Shown here: positions 40,601 through 53,550 of the stretch, piece after piece | Layout: each line of letters begins with the position of its first letter | How positions within the stretch are numbered: position 1 is the stretch's first letter | DNA from: Paragordius varius | Lineage: Eukaryota > Animalia > Nematomorpha | Direction of reading: 5' to 3' | Assembly: GCA_964247055.1 (NCBI GenBank) | Contig: OZ176057.1 | Span: 3,968,001 to 4,032,000 of the forward strand | DNA: 64,000 nucleotides | Program-made: the position numbers and the translations under genes | Notes under the pieces: model-generated | Database searches by the model: none | The model's input: only the letters and a program-made list of their open reading frames with translations | What the model was told of the DNA's origin: nothing

Positions 40601-41871
40601 ATACTTTACAAAGTATGGAAGCAATCAAAACCATGGCAAAATTTTGCACTTACATAACATTAATAAATCGGAATATATAAAAAAATTTATTCAAAAATAC
40701 TTGATATTACTTATTTTGAGCTAAAACTGAAAGGTAAAAATTTGGTCACGTGACATGTGTCAAATTGTAAAATTAAAAAATGATACAAATTTCTATTTTT
40801 ATCAATGTTAGATGTAATTTTTATAAAAAATAAGCTTTAGTTTGACCCTTAAAATTAAATGAAGACGATATTTTGCAAAATTTTTGTAAAATAAAAATGG
40901 CGTCGAAGTAGTTTGAGATGAAACTTTTTTTGCAAAACAAAATTTTATCAAGATATTTTGGCATATTTATATAATATTTATCAGGATAGAAGCATAAATT
41001 TAAATTGGGACCGTTTCCTTCAGTAGTTTTTTAAAAATTTTAATTTAAATTTAGTCTGGGGTATTTAGATACCCCAATTTGAATCGAAGTGTTAAATCCA
41101 TTTTTAGATAATATGTTTTTTACATCTTTATTTTTATCAATTTTGAATTTTAAAAATTTTTCGGAAAAAAAGACTAGATGAGTTTCAACAAATTTACATT
41201 TAAAAAAATTGAATTTTAAATAATGCGCTTTAAAGGCCACCAAATTTTTACGATTTGCCCAATATCATTTAATCGCGCTAGGGTAGAAAACCAAAAGCTG
41301 TTTTAAATTTATTAATTACGTAAATTATTATATATAAAAACCTATGGGTACACACATATATATATTCATCTCTAAAATGATTTCAAAAAAAGCATAACTA
41401 TAATATTATAATTAAATGGGACCTTACAAGGAAAATTCTATAATTTATATTAAATTTAATAAAATTCAAAATAATCAATTTTAATTTTTATATTTTCTAT
41501 ATTTTTATTATAAAAATTGTGTACGTCGGTGTTTTTTTACATTGTCAATCATTAAATACGAAATGAATTTAAGATGTAATGAAGTGATAAACCTGTCTTA
41601 ATAGAGAAGCCGAAAGGCCATTGTAAAGAGCTAAAACACCTTGATTGCGAATAATTTGTTTAACTGCTGGAATGATATGTATTTTTCCAGTTTGTTGAGT
41701 TTGTAAATGCACCTATATATATAATGGCAAAATATAATTTATTAAAAAAATATAAAGATTATCTAAAAGAGTTTTAAGTACCTTAATTAAATCCAAAGGA
41801 TGTGTACAAATTGCTGCCCCGGCACTGGCTAATCCACCAAAATACCATCTTTGTTTGCGATTTTCAGGCAT
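26823..41871 (-). CDS. SLC25A10: Mitochondrial dicarboxylate carrier, complement join(41782-41871,41593-41712,35643-35742,34145-34241,33695-33736,32715-32829,31008-31100,29911-29991,28517-28579,26823-26927), 301 aa
   Basis: Complete spliced frame: MPENRKQRWYFGGLASAGAAICTHPLDLIK/VHLQTQQ...ALYNGLSASLLRQ/LTYSTTRFAVYE.../GSPADLINVR/MQNDVKLPFEKRRN/YGNAFDGLYRV...MTVGQ/LAFYDQIKQ.../TQPLDVLKTRMMN.../GIFDCA...GFYK/GYIPAFTRLAPHTVLTFVFLEQ...*. Three PxDxxK/N carrier motifs. All introns GT-AG; 906 nt in total. Confidence 0.96.
28517..28579 (-). CDS. SLC25A10: SLC25A10 exon 9
   Basis: GIFDCAQKVLQSDAGILGFYK. Confidence 0.93.
29911..29991 (-). CDS. SLC25A10: SLC25A10 exon 8
   Basis: SIIATTLTQPLDVLKTRMMNAKPNEYK. 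Confidence 0.95.
31008..31100 (-). CDS. SLC25A10: SLC25A10 exon 7
   Basis: LAFYDQIKQMLLQYAHRPDNVETHIISSVSA. Confidence 0.94.
32715..32829 (-). CDS. SLC25A10: SLC25A10 exon 6
   Basis: YGNAFDGLYRVARVEGIPKLFNGVTMAITRGIFMTVGQ. Confidence 0.95.
33695..33736 (-). CDS. SLC25A10: SLC25A10 exon 5
   Basis: MQNDVKLPFEKRRN. Confidence 0.93.
34145..34241 (-). CDS. SLC25A10: SLC25A10 exon 4
   Basis: EYPLPMYVKLGLASFSGLVGGFVGSPADLINVR. Confidence 0.95.
35643..35742 (-). CDS. SLC25A10: SLC25A10 exon 3
   Basis: LTYSTTRFAVYEVSKQHIIATHHKNYDNDLLHK. Confidence 0.93.
36100..37570 (-). mobile_element. Degenerate RTE-like non-LTR retrotransposon RT relic
   Basis: Broken RT motifs SDTQCGFRKHKSIND and AVFNDSEKALDCV; many stops and frameshifts; ends approximate. 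Confidence 0.65.
37664..37991. mobile_element. Family C MITE inserted in a (TA)n tract
   Basis: (TA)n|CCATTTACAGTTCAAATTCACCC ... TTGTAAATGG|(TA)n. Confidence 0.85.
38010..39560 (+). mobile_element. Degenerate RTE-like non-LTR retrotransposon RT relic
   Basis: DTQGGFSKQRST, AVFLDLEKA, GIRQGCKVSPTL, LAFAD and ILYGSKC motifs. Shares CCATGATACG..GCTAATGTTGGGCAAT with the - copy. Confidence 0.75.
40522..41091 (+). mobile_element. piggyBac-like MITE (TTAA TSD)
   Basis: TTAA|CACTTGGATAC...GAATCGAAGTG|TTAA; close to 6849-7391. Confidence 0.85.
41593..41712 (-). CDS. SLC25A10: SLC25A10 exon 2
   Basis: VHLQTQQTGKIHIIPAVKQIIRNQGVLALYNGLSASLLRQ. Confidence 0.95.
41782..41871 (-). CDS. SLC25A10: SLC25A10 exon 1
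   Basis: MPENRKQRWYFGGLASAGAAICTHPLDLIK|GTACTT. Confidence 0.95.
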
Positions 41872-44800
41872 AACCCAAAGGCATTTAAAAATTTAATTTA
41901 AAACCTTGTGTATTATATGTGTGCGTGATAATTTTGTTCATTACAAAAATTTACACCGTGAGACAATCCGGTAAAATAAATTTTTTTTAATGCATATAAA
42001 TTTAATAATAATGATACTATACTAAAATAAATTTAAAATTAATTATGTTGGTTTAATTAGCATCAGGAGTTATCTATATAAAAGCAATATATAAACAGTT
42101 TTTGTAAATTTTTGGGATAGTTTTATGTTTCGGATGAAATTTAAAATATGAAAGTTTGTATAAGATGTTAAAGAGAGATTTTATTAAAAAAGGTAACTAT
42201 ATTTTAGACCTAGAATGATATAAACGATGGGTGGGGTGATAGAAAAAATTTTCTTGACTTGACTTGCAAGTTCTTTAAGTCATGGCTTGCTTTCATGTGA
42301 TAAAAAATTAACATTAGACGGTTTAAGTCAAACAGGACGTGATTTGGAGGTGATAAAGATATAATCAAGTAAAACTTATAGATTTTGTATGTGTGGTGTA
42401 GAGCACACTTGACACATTTTAAAATAATAATTTGGCATCTATTTATATATGTAATTTAGGCCTTATATGTTTAGTACCTTTGTTAGGAAAAAAATTTTTT
42501 TGATAAATTTTGGCTATTAACCTGTTCAAATTGGGTGGATACAAAAGAGGATAAATTTTTAGAAAACTTTGCTAATATTTAAGAACTTGACATAAAAAAT
42601 ATGCTAAATATATATATTCCGTGAAACCGAAAATTTAATTCTCTTTCTTAAAATTCTTGAATTAATCTTTTCATAAATACTAAAGGTTCACTATTAACTG
42701 TAAAGAAATTATTTCATCAATTTATATTAAATGTAATGATGATAATTAATTAAAAATAATAATATGTTATATTGTATAAACATATTCCTCTTATATTTGC
42801 AAATAGACTCAAAACAAAATGTGTAGTGTGGCAAAACAATAGAGAGTGTTCTAAGGGGAATGGTTTCATCAAATTAAAAATTTTTACAAAGCCCAATATT
42901 TATAAAAATCTTAAATGTTAAATAAAATACTTGCCTGTGAGTTTCAAAAACTTTAATAAATGCATATTGTATTTATTGTTTATCTTTTTGCGCCTTGTTT
43001 TAAAAATTTTGGTTGAAAATGATCAAAAAAAATTCCGTAAAATTTGAATTGGGTGGCAAAAAATTGTTACATTCATAAGCAAAAGACTTGACTTAAGTGC
43101 TTTTGTGGTAAGTTCTCCATATCATGGCAAAATTAGTGGGCATATACAATATAATTTTTTAGTGAAAGCTAAATTATAATATTATTACTAATATTCAGAA
43201 AATAGATATATATGAAAAAAACTATTTTTTAGATGTTAGCTCCGAAAGTCCCAAATTGTTTCCCTTTTCTAAAATAGACTATTTCCTTAAAATAAAAGCA
43301 ATGTGATGCACTAAAAAGAATTTAAATATATGCTAAATTTTGATATCAACTAAAAATATTTATATAAAATTCCATAATTTTATTATAAATTAAATTTTAG
43401 CAAAATTCTTTGCAAGCATTCATACTATTTTGAGGCATGATGGAAATGGTATAAAAACGCTTTTTCTCTCTAACTTCATAATGCTAACATTAATTTTAGT
43501 TTTGAGTAAAATCTTGGTTCCTACTTAAATTTGTGTTAATTGTTTTACAAATTCACCAAAATGCAAACGAACCTTTAAACAAAATTGATGTGATGTTCAG
43601 CATCATCGAATTATAAACCTTATTTTTTAAAATCTCTTAAAGATTTTTTACCGTTTCTAACATGCCTCAAAATAGCATCACGCTTCAACATTGCTAAGAA
43701 TTAAAATTTTGATAATACATTTTTTCAAGATTTTTTAGTTGATATTATAATTTAGCATATATATAGATATTTTATCGCACAATCACGACATTTTTTAACC
43801 CTCCCATTTTAGAAATGATAAATATTTAAGACTTTCGGTGCCTGCATCTAAAAATCAATATAAAAATGTTGGTTTGCTGTTATAATTATTTTTTAATAAT
43901 GTTTTTTGTATGAAGCATTTAGCTTTCACTAAAAAGTTTCTATTATACAAAATAAGCACGAAATTCGCCATTTTTTTATATGAAAAACATACCACAATCC
44001 AAAATATTAGAAATTTAATCGAGGAAAAAATCACTGTAATCATGTATAAAGATCCATCAAAACATGTATGACAAAAATGATTTCCAAAAAATGGCTCTAA
44101 AAACCTTAAATGCCTTAAAAGTTAATCAAGAATTTTTAGCGATTTGCAAAAAAATACAGGCGATATAAAATTTTATTATAAAATTTATCACTCTGACACT
44201 AGAATCATATTATATAACTCTACCAGGCCATATGTATATTTTTGAATTGCTAAATAACATGGATTGCTAATTAAAGTTGAATGCTATTAGGTAAAAACTA
44301 CCTAAAAAGAATTGAGGTGCAAACATTTAGTGCACATCGATTAAAGATTTTTGTTAAAAGCTAAATGCGACTACCAAAATTTTATCAATCAATGTATTGA
44401 ATTTGGATTAAAAAATTTCGAATGTACATTTTCCTTCCATGACTCTTATAAGCTTTTCTCTTCTTTTGATACGGTAACTGTCTGTTATAATACTTTTTTT
44501 AAAGTATTTTAAGTGTTAATCATTTCATAAAACCTTGATATTCGCCAAAGGCAATAATCAATATTTTTTGCAGACAGTATATAATTTTATCTTTCAAACT
44601 ATTTGTACTTTGGAGTTAACTAAATATAAATATATCTTCTGAAATTATTATATCGTTTAATCCTTTCACAGTGGCCTTTAAAGAATTAAAGAAAATAGCA
44701 TGGAAAAGAGACAAATGAAGGGGATTAGTTATTGTATTCTCCAAGGGGTAGAATTTATTTTAAGTAATTACCAACCCTACCAGCCTATATAGGCGCGGTT

Positions 44801-47511
44801 TCCTATGCATAAAACAAGTCAGATATTTTCATGTAGCTTATGTGGAAACTTATGTGATGGTTTTTCAAACAATTTTTCTGCATTTTATTTGTAAACCAAC
44901 AATCTATAGTCTGACCTTTAAATTTTTGAAACGATATTTTATTGTCATCTTTTTTGTCAGATTAGATCACATTTTAATTTTAACTATATTTTTCTTGCAA
45001 AAACATCAATTTTCTACCAAACGCACCATTTTTTCAAGCAAAAGCAAAATTTTTAAAGCAAAGGCAACATTTTTTAACTAAATACAACATTTTTTCATCC
45101 AAACGCAACCTGTTTTACCGAAGACAACATTTTATTAAGCCAAAACAACAATTTTTTAAAAAGAAATGTTATTTTATGACAATACAATTATTAAGTATTT
45201 TGGTTTTTAAGTTAATGTGATTAAATTTTAGAGTTGAATTATGATTTTTATTATATCATTAATATTGGATGGTAATTTGATTGTTTAAACTTTTAATATT
45301 TATATATTATTAATTTTCATTTTACAACTTTAGTTTCACCTAATTTAATCTAAAGAATTTGAGCTTCAAGAGTGTTATTGATTGAAGGTTGGTCGATGAA
45401 CTCTTCAAGTTCCTCTTAAAATATTTTAATTTGATTCTAACTTTTATTGAAGTAATAAAATTCATCTATCCTATCATTTTTTAACCTATTCTCTTTATTT
45501 ACCTATAATTTTAAATGAAACTTTTTTTTATAAAAACCGTATATCTGTATTATTTTCTTTAAAAATTAACTATTTCTAAAATATCGAAATTTTGTGGGTT
45601 ATTGATTGTAATATTTAGTTTTGAAACATTAATAGGTTTATAATATTGTTAACTTAAAATTAGTTCGAAACAAATGTTGTTATTACTGCAATATTAATTT
45701 TGAGGAAATACCAATAAATATAGATATTAGGTCAAATTAAAAATTGATAATTTCATACATAAATAACGGTTCTATGCAAACTGCAAAAAATGTAAGGACC
45801 AACTTTAGGTGCAGTAAAAATTAAATAAATACTGAATAATTATATAGTCATAAAATAAGAAAAATTCTTTGTAATTTTAAAAAAATATTGTTTTTGCTTG
45901 AAAAAATGTTGCCTTTAAAAAATGTTGCGTGTTGTCTTTAATTGAAAAAATGTTGCGTTTGGTTAAAAAAATGATTTTGCATGAAAAATGGTATATAACT
46001 AATAAAATAACTACAAATTTTATATTTACAATAGGCTATTCGTATATTTATATTTAATAAAATTTGATATAGATTAATCAAATAATTTTACCAAGCATTA
46101 TATCAATTGTAATACATTTTTAATGAAACCAAACTCAAAATTTCTCCAACAAAGTACAATTTTCTTACTCAATATTTTTCAATCATATTCAATATTTTAA
46201 GCATTTAAATATTTTAAAAGCATATTTTATAAGAATTCTAAATACACAAATCTTCAAGTATTTTTATTGTAATTTAATTTAATGATAAAAAAAATGTTAT
46301 AAGCGTTGGCTGTAATTTAAGATTTACTCCAAAAAGCAAAGTAAAAAAATTTTCAAATTTTAAAATAAAAATCTTAAGAAGAGATTTAGGGACTGTAAAT
46401 GCGAAACAATTTAAAATAAATTTCAATAAAACAGGTGATTAAAAATAATGGTTTAGTTTTGTCTGGAAGTATGGAATTTTATTGGAAAATGTTGAGTTTG
46501 GTTGAAAAAGTGTTGGTTGAGTTTGAATGAAAAAGTAAAATTAACCTTTTTGTATAATCTTTTGACCCCGAATCGTGCGAATTTTTTAGATATTTTCTTC
46601 TTTGTATTTAATGCCAAAAATTTAATAGTTTAGATGAAAATTACAATGATTATTTATAACTCTTATAATTTAGCTTTTGCAGGCCTTTAAATTTTTTTAA
46701 CTATCGCTTCATCAGATTCTTATTTTACCATTTAATTTAAATCGTTGATAATATATATTAAATATTTGTTGTTAAAACCTTTTGCCTTTAAAATTTAAAC
46801 ATAAAGAATAGTTTATGAACGTTTTAAAATATAAAAGCTATTATATTTTGGCTAAAATATGTCTCTTATCCGTATATATAAACACAAAATTTACATTTAA
46901 CAGTTTAATAACCTGGTGTTCTTCCTAATTTGGATATGTTTCAAATCTGATTGAAACAATCAGCTATTTCTGACAATCCATAGTTGCTAAAAAATTGCTG
47001 TCAAAACATAACATATTTGCTAATTTTGAGATGATAATTATTGTGTTAGGAAATAACATTTTTTACAAATTTAAATATTGCCCTTAGAGCCACAGAATTC
47101 GTTTTTTCTTTGATATCATATCATACATACACTTTTATAGATTCTTTAATTTTAAATCTTTTTGAGCTATAATGCTATATCAAAGGGGAATAAAGTCATC
47201 AGTAAATAATTATGCAAACGAAACATAAAAACTGAGGCCACTTATTTTTTTATGAAAAAAAAACCAGCCATTCTTTTATGAATCCTAATTTATCCCATAT
47301 AAATTATTTCATTACAATTTGAAATTATATAATAGAGGGTATATTAACATTTTACATATCTGTTCGCTACTTAAATTGATGAGTATTTAAAAAGGATTGA
47401 GATTTTAGAATTCTAGTTGTCTTTTACTGTAACTATATACATACATTGTGAATGAAGCTATTTATTAATTAGTCCCCAAAATTTAAAACGTTTCTATTGA
47501 TCAATGTATCT

Positions 47512-47557
47512 TCATCTTCCCAAACCAAAGTTGAAACCTATATAGAAATATTACACA

Positions 47558-47594
<37 letters not shown>

Positions 47595-48474
47595 TAGCGT
47601 AAATCTCGTGCTGCTACGCAGTCCGAGGAAGTCCTTCGGACTTCTGGGGAGGGGGGGTTCGAAGTTTGGATTTGAATGGGTCTACCGGTTTTCCGGTAGC
47701 AGATCACAAAGTTACATGAGAAATCAGTTTTTAGCGGATAGCTCCCTACCCAGCAGCTATCATCAAAGAAGCGCCTGACTAAATTTGGTTAACAGGGAAT
47801 GCGTGGAATCCATATTGAATATTTACGGTTTCATACCTAGGGCGAAAAATAGATTTAAAAAATTATTTTTGTGGACTTTGTTTCTTGAATAAAATGGCAT
47901 TTTACGGGGGTAGCGGGTAAAAAGAGGGCCTAAATCAAAAAAGTGACTCGACTATGTTCGGCGCAATCGAAAATAAGTAAGCAAAAATCATATTTGAAAT
48001 TGAATGGTCCAACACGTTCTCCGGAAAATTGTCTCAAAGACACGATTTTTGTGGACTTCTGTTTTCAAAAAAACTCGTTTTTCACACGGGGTGGGCCCCA
48101 ACTGGGGGCCTATTTCAAAAAAAGGGCGAAGCTATTGTCGGGGGATTATATTTTTTCGAAGTCTGGATTTGAATTGGTCTACCGTTTTTCCAGTACCAGA
48201 TCATAAAGCCAGCATTTTCCATTTTTATAAATATATAGATTAAAATAATCTAGCTTAATATGGTAATGAATATTTTTTTTAAAAAACCAATAACTATATA
48301 TTATCAAAACTATTTTATAAAATTATTTCAAAATGGAGTTAAGTTTTATTTACGGTGTTGTTTTGGGTTATAGTTTTCCGCGTTAGGATTTTTCCCTTCT
48401 TCGCCTTTAGCTGACATGATAGCCATAAAAATTATCATCAAAGTTGGAATTAAGAGTAGTTTGTACAATTCCAT
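47512..48474 (-). CDS. Allatostatin-A/FGLamide-like neuropeptide precursor, complement join(48354-48474,47512-47537): MELYKLLLIPTLMIIFMAIMSAKGEEGKNPNAENYNPKQHRFNFGLGR*
   Basis: ATG at 48474 and a hydrophobic signal peptide. Donor C|GTAAAT (48353) and acceptor TTCTATATAG| (47538) are in matching phase 1. C-terminus is FxFGL-Gly-Arg-stop; AATAAA at 47466-61. An inverted paralog with the same exon structure corroborates it. Confidence 0.8.
47594..48239 (-). mobile_element. Non-autonomous Helitron, short complete form (in the intron of the FGLamide gene)
   Basis: 5' A|TC at 48239; 3' CTAG|T at 47594 with an AGTCCGA...TCGGACT hairpin ~22 bp upstream; no TSD. Confidence 0.85.
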
Positions 48475-49324
48475 GCTTATTTTCTTTATCGAAGCGCAAA
48501 AAAATATCAATAGGGTTTTGGAAAAAAGGCTAAAAATTTGGCAAAATAATTATATGAAATGCAAAAAAAGTTTTTTGCCTTTATATAGTTTTATTTTTCT
48601 AAGTAAAGGTGGGCTGTGCTCTTCTTTGAAAAATTTTAATTAATTTTTGGCAAAAGTATATATTATTTGATGTTTGACCAGGTGGGAACGGCTAATCATT
48701 ATCATGACTTGACCAAAAAATAATTAATTTCTATATGTATTTTATTTAAAGATCGATATTTTATTTCATATCCATATATTTTCCCTTTTAATTAACTCCT
48801 GACTTGGCATCTGTGCAAAAATTTAATAATTAAATAAACATCTTTTTTTCCTTATTCACGACGTATATTTAAACAGCTTAATTATTAACCTGGGTCGCTA
48901 CCCACACAATTCAATCGATACCAAAATACATTTTAAATATATTATATAGATGTTTATATATATCATAATAAAATAAAATTATTTAAGCATTCTAAATTTA
49001 TAAGTGCATAAATAGATTGCAATTTGGTTTTAAAATTGGGTTTAGGTTCTGTTCGTTTCTGAAACCAGATTTCTTAAGAGAACATATAATTAATTCCATG
49101 AAAAATGTGGGACTTCTTTGATTGAAAAAATCAGACAGAAAACAGCTAATTAATACTATCCTCGCTATAATAATTTCATTAAACAAATTAACCATGTCTA
49201 AAAGTATTCCTTACCATTTTCACCATTGTCCAAAATACCATAAGCTTACCAACATTTTTATCTATATCCATTTTTAAGCGAAATATCGATTTTTTCGGAA
49301 AAAGGTTTTTTGTCAATAACATAA

Positions 49325-49596
49325 CCTTTTACAGTTCAAATTCACCCTTGAACAATATACATTCACCCTAAAAATAAATTGTGTTTTTCGAACTACTATA
49401 ACTCATTACATAATAAAAAATATATCTTTGTGGCATAGATTGTTATTTTTTCATTATTATTTTAATGAACAATATTGTAAGATTTAAAATATAGGTAATT
49501 TTTAATCTTTAAAAACATATAATTTATTTGAGCATGAATTAAAATTGTTCGAGGGTAAATTTTAATTGTTTAAGGGTGAATTTGAATTGTAAATGG
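49325..49596. mobile_element. Family C MITE
   Basis: CCTTTTACAGTTCAAATTCACCC ... TTGTAAATGG|TA. Confidence 0.75.
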
Positions 49597-51246
49597 TAAT
49601 AATAAAATTTTTATCGGGTAATATCGGCATTAAAGATCTTATTTTGGGATTTGCCCATCTTAGACGGTTCCAAAAAATTTTAGATTTTCAGAGTCAACAA
49701 AACTTATAAATTTTATAAAATTGTATTTTTAATACATATTTATCAATATTTTTTAAAATGCATTATTAAACTTTCAACAATTTTTTTTAGCAAAGTGTGC
49801 GAAAATTTTGCCATTTCCTGATCTAGACCAATTACGTTGATAGTGATAAAAACTTTCTTTTATTACCCTTATTTATACCAAGAGTACCATGATAATTGTG
49901 ATACATTTTTCTATTTGAATACATAAATTGTATCAGTATATCCCTCCGAATTTGTGCACAGTGTATATATAAAAATTATTTAAATAAATATATTGACGCA
50001 TTTCGTTTTTATTACTGCTTAGTGACGTGATATATCTTTCTTCTTTTAGCATCCTGTGTTAAAACGGTTTATATATGCTTCAGAAATTAGCATAAATTTC
50101 TAAAAAACTAATAAAATCTATATCATAACTATTAATTACTGTTAATACAACATTATAATTTTTTTATAATTTCTCATATTGCAAATTTTATCACCTTTTT
50201 CACCAATAAAATTCAGTGTTTGCTGGTCGAAAAAACACTTAAAATGAAATTTTTTAAACTGTTTTGTATTCCAATCTTAATACTTTTGTTGGCCCATTTG
50301 GATTAACCTAAAGAGCACGAGGAGGAAAAAAATGATGCCGACTCAAACAATATGCCTGTCAAACAATACCATAATATAATTTTTTTAGAAGTTACCATTA
50401 AATTCTTTGTTAATTGCATTTTTTAATTTAATAATGGATATATTGAGTAATTGGTTATTTACGCTTAATTATATAAAACCAATTTTAAAATGATCAATTT
50501 TTATAATTTCTCAATTTTAACGAAATTTCCAAAATATTAAAATGTTTTAAAAAGTTATTTAATCCTTTAACCCATTTTTTAATTTTTTTATTAATATTTT
50601 TGCAATAGACAAATAAAATTATTAATAAGTATTAGAATTATCATTGGACAAGATTTTATAAATCAAAATTTAACTAAACATATATATCACTGTGTTCAAA
50701 AAAGAGGGTTAATTTTTTTTAAAAAAAAAATTGTTTCATGAGATTGCTTATGACCAGTGAATTCATTTGCCCTAAAAATTTAATATGTTGACGACCTAGT
50801 TTTTGATATTGAGAGAACGAAATTAACAAAAATTAATTAAGGTTAATTAAGGATAATATAAAAAATAATGATAAAATTTGAGATAGTATGGTTTTATATT
50901 ATTTTAGAAGATTCCAATATATAAATAGCTTAAAATCAGGGTTTCCATAAAATCTCAGGTCAAAAGATGGCTTAACACACCAAAGAAATTTTTTTTAAAA
51001 CTATAATAAAATTACTTTTTTATTTACTAGTTAAACTCACTATTAAAGTCTAACATTAATATCTAATTCAGTAGAAAAAACTTATATATCAAAATAAATT
51101 AAAATATTGTTTTTTATTTTTTTGTCATCTTTGAGTGTAATCAAAATTTATACTGTTTTATTTGAGTAATTATAAAGTATATAATTACTAAAATAGGATT
51201 TAAAAGTATGGATATCAACCAAATATCATTACGAATCCCTCTAAAA

Positions 51247-53550
51247 CAGGGCTTCTTAAACTTTGGTAATTCTCGACCCCATTTATGATAGCGATTAACG
51301 ACCCCAACAATTCTAAAAACGTTTAGAAATTTTGATGATAATATTTATCAGAATTAGTATGGTTTTAAGAGATTGACAAAAATAAATCTACATTTTTTAT
51401 AAATTTATATAACATCTTCTGATAGATAGTAAAAATGATCGGTGGTCCCTTTTTAAAGGAAAGAATGATACTATACGAATTCCCCAGAAATGTGTTTAAC
51501 TGAACTCGTATGGCTTCTTAATTTTTTTGAAAATTAAATCTAAAACCACGTTATTTATATATGGCGTCTCAGTTTTAAACCGCTAGACCTCTACCCATAG
51601 ACCTATATGGAAAAAGCGCTGAGTCAAATTTTTTGCCTTTAATCGTTATATGATGGCGTATTTTTAGGGCATAAAGGCCCTAAATTAACGGCTAATAAAA
51701 ACGCCTGATTTTTTTACCTAGTTACGGATGTCTTTTTAAGCTTTTAATGATCTCATATGGTTTCATAATTTTCTGTAAATTAGCTCCAAAACAAAGCAAT
51801 TTCTATATAGTGGCGCTTTGGCGGATAGCTCCTAACCCAGGGGAGGTATAAAAAAGCGCTGGTTAAAATTGTTGCCCTCATATGGGGATTATCTGAAATT
51901 ATGATGGAATCCATTGTTCCTATTAGACTCATAGGTTTTCTGAAATTTGACTCCAAAGGCATGCTGTATCGAGATGGGGACGCAATTTTACGCGGGTAGC
52001 CTCTAACCAGGGGAGAAACAAAAAAACGCTCGATTAAATTTTTTGAATTCGGGTAATACCTGGAATCATGATTGATTCCATATGCTCTCGTAATGCCCCA
52101 ATCCCAAAAAGTCATTCTATGGTGACGCATTTTTCAGGGCAAGGGCCTAATTAAGGGGTAATTTAATAAAACCGCTCTACTCAAATTTTTGCCTTTTTTG
52201 TATAATATTTCAAGCCCTTATTGAATTATGGCCTGATAAGTTTTCTCCTCCAAAGTGATGCGGTATCGATATGGTGGCGCAGTTGTTGACGGGTAGCCCT
52301 ACTCAGAGGCCAATATAAAAAAGACGTTCATAAAAAATTTTGCCTTTATAGGGTTATAACTGGAATAATCATTCATGCCATATGTTTTTTATAGTTTTTG
52401 GAAGAATGGCTTCAAAACTAAATAATAGTTCATTGATAGCGCATTTTTAAGGGCGTTAAAAGCCTAATTAACGGGTAATTAAAAAAACCGCTGGACTTAA
52501 ATTTTTGACTTTTTACGAGTAATATTTCAGGCCCTTTTGAACTTATGTGGCCTGATAAATTTTCTGAAAATTAACTCTTAACTAACGTAATTTCGATATG
52601 GTGCAGTTTTAAGCGGGTAGCTTCCTACCCAGAGACTGATACAAAAAAGCGCTTGATTAAATATTCTTACGTTTTTACGGAGAATACCTGAGATCATTAT
52701 TATTGATTCCATATGCTCTCATTAGTTTTTGGAAAAATTGCCTTAAACTGAAAAATCATTTTATAGTGGCGTATTTTTCAGGGCGTGAATAAAAAATCGT
52801 ACGATCTAAATTTTTGCCTTGTTATGGGTAATATTTTAAGCACCTATTACACTCATATGGCCTGATAGGTTTTTTGAAATTTAGCCCCAAAGGCACCCTA
52901 TTTCCATATGACGGGGCAGTTTTTAGCTGGTATCTCCTTACCCAGCAGCTAATATAAAAAAACGCTCGACTAAAATTTTTGCCTTTTAACAGGGAATACC
53001 TAGAATCTTTATTGAATTTTACGGTCTTATACCTTGGGTGAAAAGAATCAAAAAATTATTTTTGTGGACTTTATTTTTTGAAAAAATGGCATTTTACGGA
53101 GGGAGCGGGTTAAGAGGGTCTAAATTAAAAATGCGAGCCGACTATGTTCGGCGCAATCGAAAATAACGAAACAAAAATTATATTTAAATTGAATGGTCTA
53201 ACACGTTCTCCGTAAAATTGTCTCAAAGACACGATTTTTGTAGACTTCTGTTTTCAAAAAAACCCGTTTTTTACACGGGGTGGGCCCTAACTGGGGGCCT
53301 AATTTAAAAATAGGGCGAAGCTATTGTCGTGGCATTTATTAATGAATATATTTTTTTGACATTTGGATATGAATGGGTCTACCGGTTTTCCGGAAACAGA
53401 TTACAAAGCCGCATTCTTCATTTTTATAAATATATAGATTTTACAAGTTAAAAAACATTTTTTGTTAAATTTTAATTTTATCACTCGCGACCCCATAATT
53501 TTGCTATTCGACCCTAAATGGGGTCGCGACACATCGTTTAAGAAGCCCTG
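51247..53550. mobile_element. hAT MITE with perfect 8-bp TSD, interrupted by a Helitron
   Basis: TIR CAGGGCTTCTTAAAC / GTTTAAGAAGCCCTG; CTCTAAAA at 51239-46 and 53551-58. Confidence 0.9.
51459..53438 (-). mobile_element. Non-autonomous Helitron, long form with internal array
   Basis: Colinear with 7650-9669; 5' A|TC at 53438. Confidence 0.75.

Noticed and set aside
48998-49195. ORF with hydrophobic start MVNLFNEIIIARIVLISCF as a third peptide gene
   Set aside because: No similarity to the FGLamide pair and no amidation motif or partner exon.
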